Assembly (NCBI GenBank): GCA_013812505.1
Contig: JACCTH010000021.1
Location: 24,104 to 88,103, forward strand
DNA: 64,000 nt
Reading direction: 5' to 3'
Origin: Acidimicrobiia bacterium
Lineage (GTDB): Bacteria > Actinomycetota > Acidimicrobiia > Spongiisociales > ZC4RG35
Below, one piece after another: positions 20,715-29,708 of this stretch (within the stretch, counting starts at the first letter, position 1; every line of letters begins with the position of its first letter). The notes under the pieces are model-generated. The model was not told the origin of the DNA. It worked only from the letters and a program-made list of their open reading frames with translations, and made no database searches. The translations under genes were made by a program, and so were the position numbers.

Positions 20715-21679
20715 CCGACTATCGGCGAGCCGGAGTGGACCTCGCGGGCGCAGAACGTCATGTCAAGGCAATCGGCGCGGCCGTCACCTCTACCTGGGGG
20801 GCAGAAGTGGTCGGCGGCTTCGGGGGATTCGCGGCCGGAATCAGGATTCCGCCGGCATACCGTGATCCGATCCTTATGCTGACCACCGACGGCGTTGGGA
20901 CCAAGCTCGAATTAGCGCGCCAGGCAAATCGATGGGACGGCGTGGGATCCGACTTGGTGGCGATGGTGGTAGACGACCTCGCTGCCGTTGGGGCCCGACC
21001 CGTCGCGGTTGTCGATTACATGGCGGTGGGGCGACTCCATCCCGAGCGGGACACGGCCATCGTCGAGTCGATCGCCGCCGCTTGTCAAGAGGCGGAGGCG
21101 GCTCTGCTCGGAGGCGAAACCGCCGAACACCCGGGAGTTATGGAACCGGATCAGGTCGATCTTGCCGCCACTGCGCTGGGGGTCGTCGAGGACGGTGCTG
21201 CCCTCAGCGCTGACCGCGTCCGGATCGGGGACGTCATCGTCGGTTTGCGCTCCCCCAACTTGCGTTCGAACGGCTTTTCCCTCGTCCGTTCGATCGTCGC
21301 CGGTCGAAATCTCGACGACGACATTGACGGTCAATCTCTGGCCGACGCGTTGTTGAGCCCGTCGGTGATCTACTCGCCAGCCGTCCAGAATGTGCTGGCC
21401 AAATGTGAAATTCATGCCGCGGTCCACGTCACCGGGGGCGGGATCCCGGGCAACCTTCCCCGGAGCCTGCCGGCTGGCTCGAGCTACGAGCTTTCGCGAT
21501 GGGAGGTTCCGCCCATCTTCGGGCTCTTGGCGCAATGGGGCGAGATCAGCGACGACGTGATGGCCGCCGCTTTCAACCTCGGGATCGGCTTTTGCCTGAT
21601 TTGCCCGCCGAGTGAGGCCGACACCGTCGTCGACCTTGCCGGCCACGAGGCCCAGGTGATCGGCAAGGTCACCGGGTAG
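20711..21679 (+). CDS. purM: AIR synthase
   Basis: YRRAGVD, GGFAA, TDGVGTK, GGETAEHPG, SNGFSL, HVTGGG, FNLGIG. Confidence 0.97.
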   Translation: MTDYRRAGVDLAGAERHVKAIGAAVTSTWGAEVVGGFGGFAAGIRIPPAYRDPILMLTTDGVGTKLELARQANRWDGVGSDLVAMVVDDLAAVGARPVAVVDYMAVGRLHPERDTAIVESIAAACQEAEAALLGGETAEHPGVMEPDQVDLAATALGVVEDGAALSADRVRIGDVIVGLRSPNLRSNGFSLVRSIVAGRNLDDDIDGQSLADALLSPSVIYSPAVQNVLAKCEIHAAVHVTGGGIPGNLPRSLPAGSSYELSRWEVPPIFGLLAQWGEISDDVMAAAFNLGIGFCLICPPSEADTVVDLAGHEAQVIGKVTG

Positions 21680-21703
21680 CATCGGGCGACCAAAGGAGCC
21701 CCC

Positions 21704-22981
21704 CTGAGCGATCTCGTTTCCCGTCATCAATCACTCATCGCCCCGGTCCTCGGATTCGACACCGAAGTCGTCGCCGAACGGGCTGAGGGCATCTGGATTT
21801 ACACCGCTGACGGTCGGCGCTACGCCGACTTTGCATGCGGCACCGCGGTCGTGAACCTCGGTCACAATCATCCGGCGGTGGTGGCGGCGGCGCATCGTCA
21901 GATCGACCGCTTTCTGCACTCTGGCTGCATCTTCCGCTATGACACCATTGTCGAAGCGGCTTCGCGTCTCGCTCAGATCACTCCGCCGGCTATCGAAAAG
22001 TTTGGCTTTGCCAACTCGGGGGCCGAAGCCGTTGAGGCGGCGGTCAAGCTCACGAAGAAAGTGGTTGGCCGCCAGGGCTTGGTGGTTTTCCGCGGCGCCT
22101 TCCACGGCCGCACGATGGGATCGGTTACCTACACGACCTCCAACGCCAAATATCGCGATGGCTACCACCCGGTCCTTGGCTCGGTTTTTGTCGCTCCTTT
22201 TCCTCACCCGTTCCGCTGGGGGATGAGCGAGGAGCAGGCGGTCGAGTACTGCCTCTGGGAACTAAATCTGATGTTCAAGCACGAAGTCAGTCCTCAGAAC
22301 ATTGCCGCTTTTCTCATCGAGCCGGTGCAGGGTGAGGGCGGTTACTACCCGGCACCAGCCGCGTTTCTCGGCGAGCTGCGGCAGCTCGCCGACCAGTACG
22401 GAATCAAAGTCATCTATGACGAGGTCCAGTCCGGATTCGGCCGGACCGCCGAATGGTTCGCTTCCGACCACTACTCCGCCAAGCCCGACGTCATCGCCCT
22501 GGGCAAGGGAATTGCCAACGGCTTCCCGCTCTCGGCCTATGGCGCCTCAACCGAGATGGTCGACGCCTGGCCACGCGGGTCGCACGGCACCACTTTCGGC
22601 GGCAACCCGGTGGCGTGCGCGGCGGCGATCGCGGTCATGGACACGATGGGTGACTTGCTCCCGCACGCCCGCGAGCTCTCGGCCCGAGCGTTCGAACGAT
22701 GGGCCAAGATGGCCACCGAGCATCCCACCATCGGCGACGTGCGCGGGCTGGGCTTGATGATCGGAGTCGAGCTGGTCAGTGACCAGGAAACTCGCACTCC
22801 TGATCCGGAGGCGTTCAACCACCTGCAAAGGTTCTGTCTCGCCCACGACTTGATCATCATCGACTGTGGGCCCGACGGGAACGTGATTCGTTTCATCCCG
22901 TCGCTCGTCACAACTATTGAGGAGCTCGATTGGTCCCTTGACCTGATCGACGCCGGGCTCAGCGATTACGAGAGTCTTTGA
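21704..22981 (+). CDS. Class III PLP aminotransferase (GabT-like), CTG start
   Basis: AERAEGIWIYTADGRRYADF..NLGHNHP, NSGAEAVE, FHGRT, EPVQGEGG, DEVQSGFGRT, LGKGIANG, TFGGNP. AAAGGAG SD before CTG 21704. Confidence 0.9.
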   Translation: MSDLVSRHQSLIAPVLGFDTEVVAERAEGIWIYTADGRRYADFACGTAVVNLGHNHPAVVAAAHRQIDRFLHSGCIFRYDTIVEAASRLAQITPPAIEKFGFANSGAEAVEAAVKLTKKVVGRQGLVVFRGAFHGRTMGSVTYTTSNAKYRDGYHPVLGSVFVAPFPHPFRWGMSEEQAVEYCLWELNLMFKHEVSPQNIAAFLIEPVQGEGGYYPAPAAFLGELRQLADQYGIKVIYDEVQSGFGRTAEWFASDHYSAKPDVIALGKGIANGFPLSAYGASTEMVDAWPRGSHGTTFGGNPVACAAAIAVMDTMGDLLPHARELSARAFERWAKMATEHPTIGDVRGLGLMIGVELVSDQETRTPDPEAFNHLQRFCLAHDLIIIDCGPDGNVIRFIPSLVTTIEELDWSLDLIDAGLSDYESL

Positions 22982-23018
22982 GCCGGAACTGTCGCCAGCC
23001 GGTCAACGTCGAATCCGC

Positions 23019-23864
23019 ATGACAACTAAACATTCGCGATCGCTGTGGGCGCTCGCGATGATTTTTATGACCGCAGCTTGTGGCGGCGGAGGATCCGATG
23101 ACCTCAACCAAACTCTCAACCTCAACGAGGACCCCGAGTCGACGCTGCTGGTGGTCGAGAGCTCCGGCGGTTTCGTTCCCGTCGAATTCATCGTCGGCCA
23201 GGGACCGACCCTGGTCCTGCAGCGCGATGGCACCGTTATCGGACAGGGTCCGCAGATCGAGATCTACCCGGGACCGCTGCTCGCCAACTGGCAGGAGTCC
23301 CAACTCGACGACGAGACGATGCTCTTCGTGCTCGAGGAGCTCGACGCCATCGGCTTCGCCGAGATCGATCGGGTCGAGAACAACGACATCGTCAACGTCG
23401 CCGACGCACCGACCACCACGGTCACCTTTTACAACCAGGAAGGCGCTCACGAGTTCTCGGTCTATGCGCTCGGAATGGAGACCGAGGTGTCTGACGCCCG
23501 GGTGCCAATCCTCGCCAACCTGGTGCAAGAGCTTTATGACGCCACCTCGACCGGAAGCGGCCAGAGCTACGAGCCAGAAGCCATCCAGGTGGTGGCCACC
23601 GCGGGCGATGACCTCTTCGACGCCAACGATCCCACCGTCAATTTTGTCGACTGGCCGCTTCCCCAAGGTTTCGCCGACATGGCCGAGCTCGGGATCGAAG
23701 GCTGGCGTTGCGCCGCTTACGAAGGGGCCGAGGGCCAGGACCTCCTCGCCATCTTTGGCGAGGCGAACCAAAACACGTTCTTTACCGATGGCGACGTCAA
23801 CTATCGGCTGTTGGTCCGCCCGCTCTTCTCGGGCGAGGAGCCCTGCGCTCCCGTCAATTCTTAA
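23019..23864 (+). CDS. Acidic lipoprotein of unknown function
   Basis: Lipobox MTAAC followed by Gly linker; strongly coding-like codon usage. Confidence 0.75.
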   Translation: MTTKHSRSLWALAMIFMTAACGGGGSDDLNQTLNLNEDPESTLLVVESSGGFVPVEFIVGQGPTLVLQRDGTVIGQGPQIEIYPGPLLANWQESQLDDETMLFVLEELDAIGFAEIDRVENNDIVNVADAPTTTVTFYNQEGAHEFSVYALGMETEVSDARVPILANLVQELYDATSTGSGQSYEPEAIQVVATAGDDLFDANDPTVNFVDWPLPQGFADMAELGIEGWRCAAYEGAEGQDLLAIFGEANQNTFFTDGDVNYRLLVRPLFSGEEPCAPVNS

Positions 23865-23872
23865 GGCGATTT

Positions 23873-23956
23873 TGGTGGCTATACCACCACGCGAACCTAA
23901 GGTTTGCATGGTGGCTATACCACCACGCGAACCTAAGGTTCGTGTGGCGGTATAGC
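23873..23956. repeat. Tandem 36-nt two-hairpin repeat (2 units plus inverted partial) between convergent genes
   Basis: TGGTGGCTATACCACCACGCGAACCTAAGGTTTGCA (23873-23908), a near-identical copy at 23909-23944, then inverted TGGCGGTATAGC. Confidence 0.9.
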
Positions 23957-23957
23957 T

Positions 23958-24212
23958 CTAGACGCGGCCTCTGACCTGTCGGTAGATGAGGAGAGCGACG
24001 ATCGCGCCAATGATCGAGCCAATGAGGCCCGCCGCCGAGAACTCGTTGAACTCCCTGTCGGTGAATACGACCGCTAGCAAACCTCCGACGAAGCTGCCGA
24101 CGATCCCCAGAAGGATGGTCGGGAGGATGCCCATGGCATCCTTGCCCGGCACGAGCGCGCGGGCAAGAAACCCGGCGATCAGACCTACGACGATGAACGT
24201 GATGATTCCCAT
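23958..24212 (-). CDS. GlsB/YeaQ/YmgE (transglycosylase-associated) membrane protein
   Basis: IVVGLIAGFLARALVPG...LGIVGSFVGG...SIIGAIVAL; GAGGAGG SD. Confidence 0.9.
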   Translation of the reverse strand: MGIITFIVVGLIAGFLARALVPGKDAMGILPTILLGIVGSFVGGLLAVVFTDREFNEFSAAGLIGSIIGAIVALLIYRQVRGRV

Positions 24213-24242
24213 AATCCTCCTCGACGGAACCCGTGGACCGAA

Positions 24243-25337
24243 TCAAGATAGCGAATCGGCTCCTTCGATGACGTATGACTCGTCGTTCCAATAGATCTCG
24301 TCGTACTTCTCCATGACTTCCCGGGTGGCGTCGAGATACGTACCTGCTGCCATCGCCTCCGCCAAACGCTTCTCATCGATCTGCGCCACGTAGGTCGCGG
24401 CGTTCCACGCCGCTAGCACTGATGAAGTGCCGATGTTCTCGGCTTCAGCCGACGGCATGGTGTGGAGCGAGAAGCGAAAAATCGATTCCTCGTCAGAGAG
24501 CTCGGAAAACCGGAGATCCTCACCGGCCAATTGCCGGCGGGCCTCGGCGAGCACATCCCAGCGGCGATGAGGAAACGGGTTTTCGTCCGGCCAGACCGCC
24601 CGGATGATCTCGAGGCCGGGGTCATCTCCAGCGGCCTGGACTCCGATCAAACGGCCACCCGGTGCGAGGGCACGAGCTATCGGAGCGATAACGAGGCCGA
24701 CCTTGCGCTCGAGATCGGTCGCGGCGCGGTAAGCCTGAGAGGCGATCGCCAGATCGAACTCGATCGCCTTGCCCGGATCCGGTAGCAACGGTTCGAGCAG
24801 GAACTCGTGGTCAGCGCGAAAGAGAACGACGGCTGCGGGGTGGACATAGACGGGATTACCGGTTCGGGCATTGGTCCGGACCTCCCAGTCGTCGGCGAGG
24901 TCCGTGTAGAGCCCTTCGATCTGCTCGGCGAATTCGGCGCTGGTGTCCCCCGCCAGGGCAACCTGCCGCCACCTTCCTTCCGACCCGACCCGAAGACGGG
25001 TGGCATCGGGAAAACGCAGATTGGTAACCACGACGACCAACTCGGGATGCTCGAGAAATCGGTCCGGCAGACGCGCCAGCCCCTGGCGGACGTCTTCGAT
25101 CGAGATCTCCTTCGCCACCACGAGCCAGGGGATATAGATGAAGCGGCGATGCAAGCGTCGCATCACGTTGGTCAGCAAAGCCCCGTCCCCCATTCCGGCA
25201 TCGAAGATGCGCAGACCCGGCTGACCGATCTGGAGCGACTCCCCTACGGAGGCGACCCGATCCGCGACGACAGTCTTCTCGTCTGTGGCGTTGACAAACA
25301 TGTTGTAGGCGGCCCTGGTGTCGAAGAAGCGAGCCAT
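24243..25337 (-). CDS. Conserved hypothetical protein with class I SAM-methyltransferase-like fold
   Basis: LRIFDAGMGDG motif I-like, acidic KEISIED after the next strand, ALAPGGRLIG. Confidence 0.55.
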   Translation of the reverse strand: MARFFDTRAAYNMFVNATDEKTVVADRVASVGESLQIGQPGLRIFDAGMGDGALLTNVMRRLHRRFIYIPWLVVAKEISIEDVRQGLARLPDRFLEHPELVVVVTNLRFPDATRLRVGSEGRWRQVALAGDTSAEFAEQIEGLYTDLADDWEVRTNARTGNPVYVHPAAVVLFRADHEFLLEPLLPDPGKAIEFDLAIASQAYRAATDLERKVGLVIAPIARALAPGGRLIGVQAAGDDPGLEIIRAVWPDENPFPHRRWDVLAEARRQLAGEDLRFSELSDEESIFRFSLHTMPSAEAENIGTSSVLAAWNAATYVAQIDEKRLAEAMAAGTYLDATREVMEKYDEIYWNDESYVIEGADSLS

Positions 25338-26986
25338 CAGACGAGGGGAATTACGGTAAAACCGTCGGCGTTGACGGTCACCAAAACGGCGCGGCCGTCG
25401 GTGGCGTTGATCGCCGCCACGATCTCGGGAGCAACCTCAGGGCTCACGATCCCCACTCCGTCGGCACGGCGCAAGAACCTCATGCCCTCGATCATCGAAG
25501 GCAGAGGGCCCGGGTCGCTGGCGGCCACAGTCACGACTCTGTTGGAGGGATCACCCGATCGCGGCGCCGCCACCGAGGCGACCACATCCGGGGTCTTGGG
25601 GAGTTGCCGTCTCAGGTTGACAATGTGCCAGCAAACCGCGCCTGCCACCACGGTGATCGGAACCGCCCCCGACAGGGGCTCGGCCAGTTCCTCACCGCCC
25701 CCCGCCAGAACCGACCGCAGGAGCGTGAACAGCACAAAGATCAGGGCAACGGCGCCGGTGAACGCCGAACTGAAGAAGAGAACTAGCAAAGCCGCCCGGC
25801 GCGACGGGGATTGCGGCTCTCCGAGGCGGAGGGCCCGACCCCAATAGCGAACGGTCGTAGCTCCGGAAATGCCGAGGGCTACCAATGTCCCCAGCAAGGC
25901 GTTGCTGTAGTCGGACAGCACCTGCCCGGTCTCGAAGGTTCTCTGCAAGAGCAACGTGAGTAGAAAGGAGAAGCTGCCGGCAAGAATGGCGAGCGAGTAG
26001 GTGCCGAACACGTACTCGACGGCCCGAACTGTCTCGGTCCGTTCGGTGCCAAGAACAGCTCGATGATGCCAGTAGACGATCGCCCCGACGATGGCAGTAG
26101 ACGTTGCGGCTGGTAACGAGCGGAACTGACTGGCAGTTTCGCGGGCGCCAATGCCGACCACCCACTCCAGCACCCGGTAGACGACAACCCCGAATGCGTG
26201 GAGCGTCGTGAACCAGGCGACCACGGCCACGACCGCGGCATAGCCATTGCGAAATGAAGTCCTGCTGCCGGCAAATCCTCGAATCCAGAAGTGGGTGAAA
26301 TACACCACCCCGACCAGGAGCACCGAGAACCCCCAACGGAGGCCCTCGGAGAAATCACTCTCGCCGATCAGGATCGGTTGTTGTCCGATTGCCGTCTGGA
26401 AACTGATGGTGAGCAGGATTCCGACCCCAGACGCAGCCAATCCCAGGCCGGTGACCGAGCCCCAGAACTGTCGAATCTCGTCGAGCTCGAGGTCCGCGCC
26501 CCGCCACCGGACCATCAGCAACCACAACGCGGCGAAACAGATCAGATCCGCCAGCCACGACGGCTCGTACTGGTCAACCCCCAGCAACGAGGCGATCAGT
26601 CTGACCGCGCCGTAGGCAACCACCGACATCGCGACTGCGCCTGTCAGCGCGATATAGAGATTGCGGCCGGTGCTGGAACCAGTTCGCCGCTTTTCGAGCG
26701 CGATCCACACCGCGCCCCAGACCAAACCTGAAACAATGAGAGTTGACAGAGTCAACGCGATTTCGTTGACGTCGTCGAAGATCGCCGTGCCCCCTCGAGG
26801 AAGAATCGACTCCACGATCGAGGAGAAGGCCGAGGTGGCGACGATCGAGGCGACCACCAGGATCAGATAGGTGACGACCAACGCTGGGGAGTTAGTGCCC
26901 GGTTCGGTACGCCGCCGGGCAATCGCCACCATGGGAAGCGCGATCACCGCGGCGAGAACCGCGAGAAGGACTAGCACCAGCGACAT
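25337..26986 (-). CDS. Polytopic membrane protein (DUF5671-like repeats)
   Basis: Many TM helices with repeated R.LY / YWHHR-type motifs; translationally coupled to its neighbours. Confidence 0.65.
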   Translation of the reverse strand: MSLVLVLLAVLAAVIALPMVAIARRRTEPGTNSPALVVTYLILVVASIVATSAFSSIVESILPRGGTAIFDDVNEIALTLSTLIVSGLVWGAVWIALEKRRTGSSTGRNLYIALTGAVAMSVVAYGAVRLIASLLGVDQYEPSWLADLICFAALWLLMVRWRGADLELDEIRQFWGSVTGLGLAASGVGILLTISFQTAIGQQPILIGESDFSEGLRWGFSVLLVGVVYFTHFWIRGFAGSRTSFRNGYAAVVAVVAWFTTLHAFGVVVYRVLEWVVGIGARETASQFRSLPAATSTAIVGAIVYWHHRAVLGTERTETVRAVEYVFGTYSLAILAGSFSFLLTLLLQRTFETGQVLSDYSNALLGTLVALGISGATTVRYWGRALRLGEPQSPSRRAALLVLFFSSAFTGAVALIFVLFTLLRSVLAGGGEELAEPLSGAVPITVVAGAVCWHIVNLRRQLPKTPDVVASVAAPRSGDPSNRVVTVAASDPGPLPSMIEGMRFLRRADGVGIVSPEVAPEIVAAINATDGRAVLVTVNADGFTVIPLV

Positions 26987-27444
26987 CAGTTGAACCCGCA
27001 GAAGTAGGGATAGGACAGCCGATCGATTCTCAACGCCCCGCCCTCGTCGATCAGCGTGAACTCGAGCGTGGTTTCATACGTGGAGGGGTCGATCGGATCG
27101 ACATCCATCACCGTCGCCTCAAGTCGGACGAGGGTCTCGTCATCGAACTCGGTGACGTCGTCGACCACGACCCGACTCATCGCAGGCTGATCAATTGCCA
27201 GATCCGACGCGCTGCAGTCAGCCTGCGCACCGGAGGAAAGCAGCTGATGCGCGCTCTCAAATTGCTCCTCGTCAATCGCCACCAGGAAAGACTGAACGAC
27301 GCCTTCGGGACTGTCGGGGTCCAATTGTTGGATCGGCCGGAGGCTGTTCACGATCGCCGCCGCCACCACCGCGACAACCAGGATGCCGCCAACGATCAGC
27401 CCAAGACGCCTGCCGCCGGCGTTGGGAGAAGAGGTCTGGCTCAG
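26986..27444 (-). CDS. Small membrane-anchored protein (probable CTG start at 27444)
   Basis: RRLGLIVGGILVVAVVAAAIV TM, then DSPEGVVQSFL..A..LLS. The upstream part of the track ORF overlaps the epimerase out of frame. Confidence 0.65.
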   Translation of the reverse strand: MSQTSSPNAGGRRLGLIVGGILVVAVVAAAIVNSLRPIQQLDPDSPEGVVQSFLVAIDEEQFESAHQLLSSGAQADCSASDLAIDQPAMSRVVVDDVTEFDDETLVRLEATVMDVDPIDPSTYETTLEFTLIDEGGALRIDRLSYPYFCGFN

Positions 27445-28439
27445 GGCCGTGGACCTGTTCGGCTGAACGCGGCGAGCAGCTCGGCCTCCTCCGGGCGGCT
27501 CATCCCGGTCACCTTGGCGTCCGGGTGCTCCCGCAGCCAGGCGAGGGTGTCCCGGGCCGTGTCCTCGACCGGGCGACAGCGCAGCCCCGCGTCTGCGGGC
27601 AGCGTGGCGTCGTGGACCATCAGCCCGGCGTACTCCGGCAGCGGCAGCCACAACGGCGCCGACCGGTCGCCCGCCCACGGCTCCACCTTCTGGTCGGTGA
27701 GGAACTCCTGGTTTACCCAGACGAAGGTGGGTTCGGCGCCGATCCCCGTGGCGACGGCAGCCAGGAGCTCAGCACGGGTCTGCACCGGGCCGATCCCGTC
27801 GAAGACGCCGGTGGTGCGGGCCTCGGCGCAGTCGACGAGCCAGGTGGCAAGGTCACGGACGTCGACGACCTGGACCGCGTCGTTGGGCTCGCCGGGAGCC
27901 AGCACCTCTCCGCCGTCCGCGATCCGCGCTGCCCAGTAGGTAAACCGCCCGGTCGGGTCGCCGGGTCCCACGATCAGCCCCGGCCGGACCACGATCGACG
28001 ACGCTGCCCCCTCGGTCACAGCCTGTTCGCAGCCGACCTTCATCGCCCCGTAGACCTCCGACGCGGAGGCGGGATCCTCGTCCGTGACGATCGGGTCGTG
28101 CAAAGACAGGGTCTCCGGATTGCCGTTGGGCGTGGAGGTGTCCGCGTAGACGTTGATAGTCGATACGAACACCCAATGGGCCTCCGGAAACGCCGCCACC
28201 GCCGCCCGGACCCGCGACGGGTGCCTGGCCACGTCGACGACCGCATCGTACGATGCTCGGGCGAGCTCGACTGGCGGCTCGGCGCCATCGGACCGGTCCC
28301 ACGCGACAAACGCGGCGCCGGCAGGCACCGATCCGGACTCGCCACGACTGGCGCAGGTCACGTCGTGGCCGCGGCCTATCGCCTCCACGGCCACTGCCCG
28401 CGAGAGGAAGACAGTTCCGCCGAGCACGAGCAGTCGCAT
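27441..28439 (-). CDS. NAD-dependent epimerase/dehydratase family protein
   Basis: MRLLVLGGTVFLS, FVSTINVY, YGAMK, RPGLIVGPGD, DVRDLA. Confidence 0.92.
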   Translation of the reverse strand: MRLLVLGGTVFLSRAVAVEAIGRGHDVTCASRGESGSVPAGAAFVAWDRSDGAEPPVELARASYDAVVDVARHPSRVRAAVAAFPEAHWVFVSTINVYADTSTPNGNPETLSLHDPIVTDEDPASASEVYGAMKVGCEQAVTEGAASSIVVRPGLIVGPGDPTGRFTYWAARIADGGEVLAPGEPNDAVQVVDVRDLATWLVDCAEARTTGVFDGIGPVQTRAELLAAVATGIGAEPTFVWVNQEFLTDQKVEPWAGDRSAPLWLPLPEYAGLMVHDATLPADAGLRCRPVEDTARDTLAWLREHPDAKVTGMSRPEEAELLAAFSRTGPRP

Positions 28440-28472
28440 GCCCTGATCCTATGTCGAGGTACCTTGCCCCCC

Positions 28473-29132
28473 GTGCTGCCGGTTCTCGTGATCTTCGACT
28501 GCGACGGTGTGCTCGTCGACAGCGAACGCCTGAGCGTTGAATTGGAGGCTCGGCTTTTGAGTGAGCTCGGGTGGCCGATGACCGCCGAAGAGCTCGTTCT
28601 CCGCTGGATGGGAAGGACGGCGGCGTTCCAGCGCGAGGAAATCGCCGACAGGCTCGGCGCCTCTGCAGCCGCCTTGTTTGAGGAGCGCTCCTCGAACGAG
28701 GTCCGCGCCGCGTTCGAGACCAGCCTTCAGGCGGTGCCTGGGGTCATCGCCGTTCTCGATTATCTCGAAAGTCGCGGGGTCAAGACCTGTGTCGCCTCGA
28801 GCGGCACCCATCAGCGAATCCGGCTCACGCTTGGCCTCACCAACCTTGCTCATCGTTTCGAGGGTCGTATCTTCAGTGCAGCGGATGTCGCCGTGGGCAA
28901 ACCCGCCCCCGACTTGTTCTTGCATGCCGCCGAGAGCCTCGGAGTGGCGCCATCTCAGTGTGCGGTGGTCGAAGACAGCGTCTTCGGGGTCCAGGCCGGA
29001 GTCGCGGCGGGCATGACGGTTTACGGCTTCGGCGGTGGCCTCATCGACCGAACGCTCCTGGAGCAAGCCGGCGCGATTGGCTTTGACCAGATCACCGACT
29101 TGGTGCCCTGGCCGACTGGGTCAGATTCTTGA
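28473..29132 (+). CDS. HAD-IA family hydrolase
   Basis: IFDCDGVLVDSE, VASS, GKPAPD, VVEDS. Real start is near GTG 28473. Confidence 0.92.
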   Translation: MLPVLVIFDCDGVLVDSERLSVELEARLLSELGWPMTAEELVLRWMGRTAAFQREEIADRLGASAAALFEERSSNEVRAAFETSLQAVPGVIAVLDYLESRGVKTCVASSGTHQRIRLTLGLTNLAHRFEGRIFSAADVAVGKPAPDLFLHAAESLGVAPSQCAVVEDSVFGVQAGVAAGMTVYGFGGGLIDRTLLEQAGAIGFDQITDLVPWPTGSDS

Positions 29133-29708
29133 ACCAATGCCACGGGTGGCGAATTCGACCACCGCGTCCGCCAGCGCCGAGCGGCTGAGCGAACCCCCAG
29201 GTCGATACCAACGCTCGACGGCGTTGAGCATCGAGAGAATGAGGATGGCCGCGAGCTTGGGGTCGATTCCGGCTCGGAAGGAGCCATCCTTTCTTCCCGT
29301 CTCGAGCGCCGCTCGAAAGACTGTTTCGTAGTCATTCCGAGCCGCGACCACGCGTTGTCGGTGCGGTTCGTCGAGCGCGTCAGCTTCGAAGAGAAACGTC
29401 CGCGCTTCGTCGAGATGGTCGAGCACTACATCGTTGTGCCCGCGGACCAGGGATCTGAGCAGTTCGGCTCCATCCCCTCCGCGTGCCACCGCTTTGGCAG
29501 CACTCGCTTGGAAGAGTGCCGCTCCGATTTCAACGACTTCGACAAGCAGGTCTTCCTTGGACTCGATGTGGCTATAAAGCGAGGAGCCCAGCACCCCAAC
29601 CTCGCGGGCGAGATCGCGCATCGAGGTGCCGTGATAGCCCTGGGCCGCGAACAGCCGGCTGGCCGCCTTGACCACGTCTTCCCGAGTCCGCGAACGGGAG
29701 GCGGTCAT
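29121..29708 (-). CDS. TetR-family regulator (PaaR-like)
   Basis: HTH GYHGTSMRDLA...SLYSHIESKEDL, WYRPGG; last gene of the paa operon. Confidence 0.88.
   Translation of the reverse strand: MTASRSRTREDVVKAASRLFAAQGYHGTSMRDLAREVGVLGSSLYSHIESKEDLLVEVVEIGAALFQASAAKAVARGGDGAELLRSLVRGHNDVVLDHLDEARTFLFEADALDEPHRQRVVAARNDYETVFRAALETGRKDGSFRAGIDPKLAAILILSMLNAVERWYRPGGSLSRSALADAVVEFATRGIGSRI

Noticed and set aside
23873-23956. 36-nt repeats as a CRISPR array
   Set aside because: Only two units, directly adjacent with no unique spacers, and no cas genes in the window.
27195-28472. N-terminal two-thirds of the 645-aa + strand ORF
   Set aside because: It is the antisense shadow of the epimerase; only the HAD domain from about 28473 has recognisable motifs.
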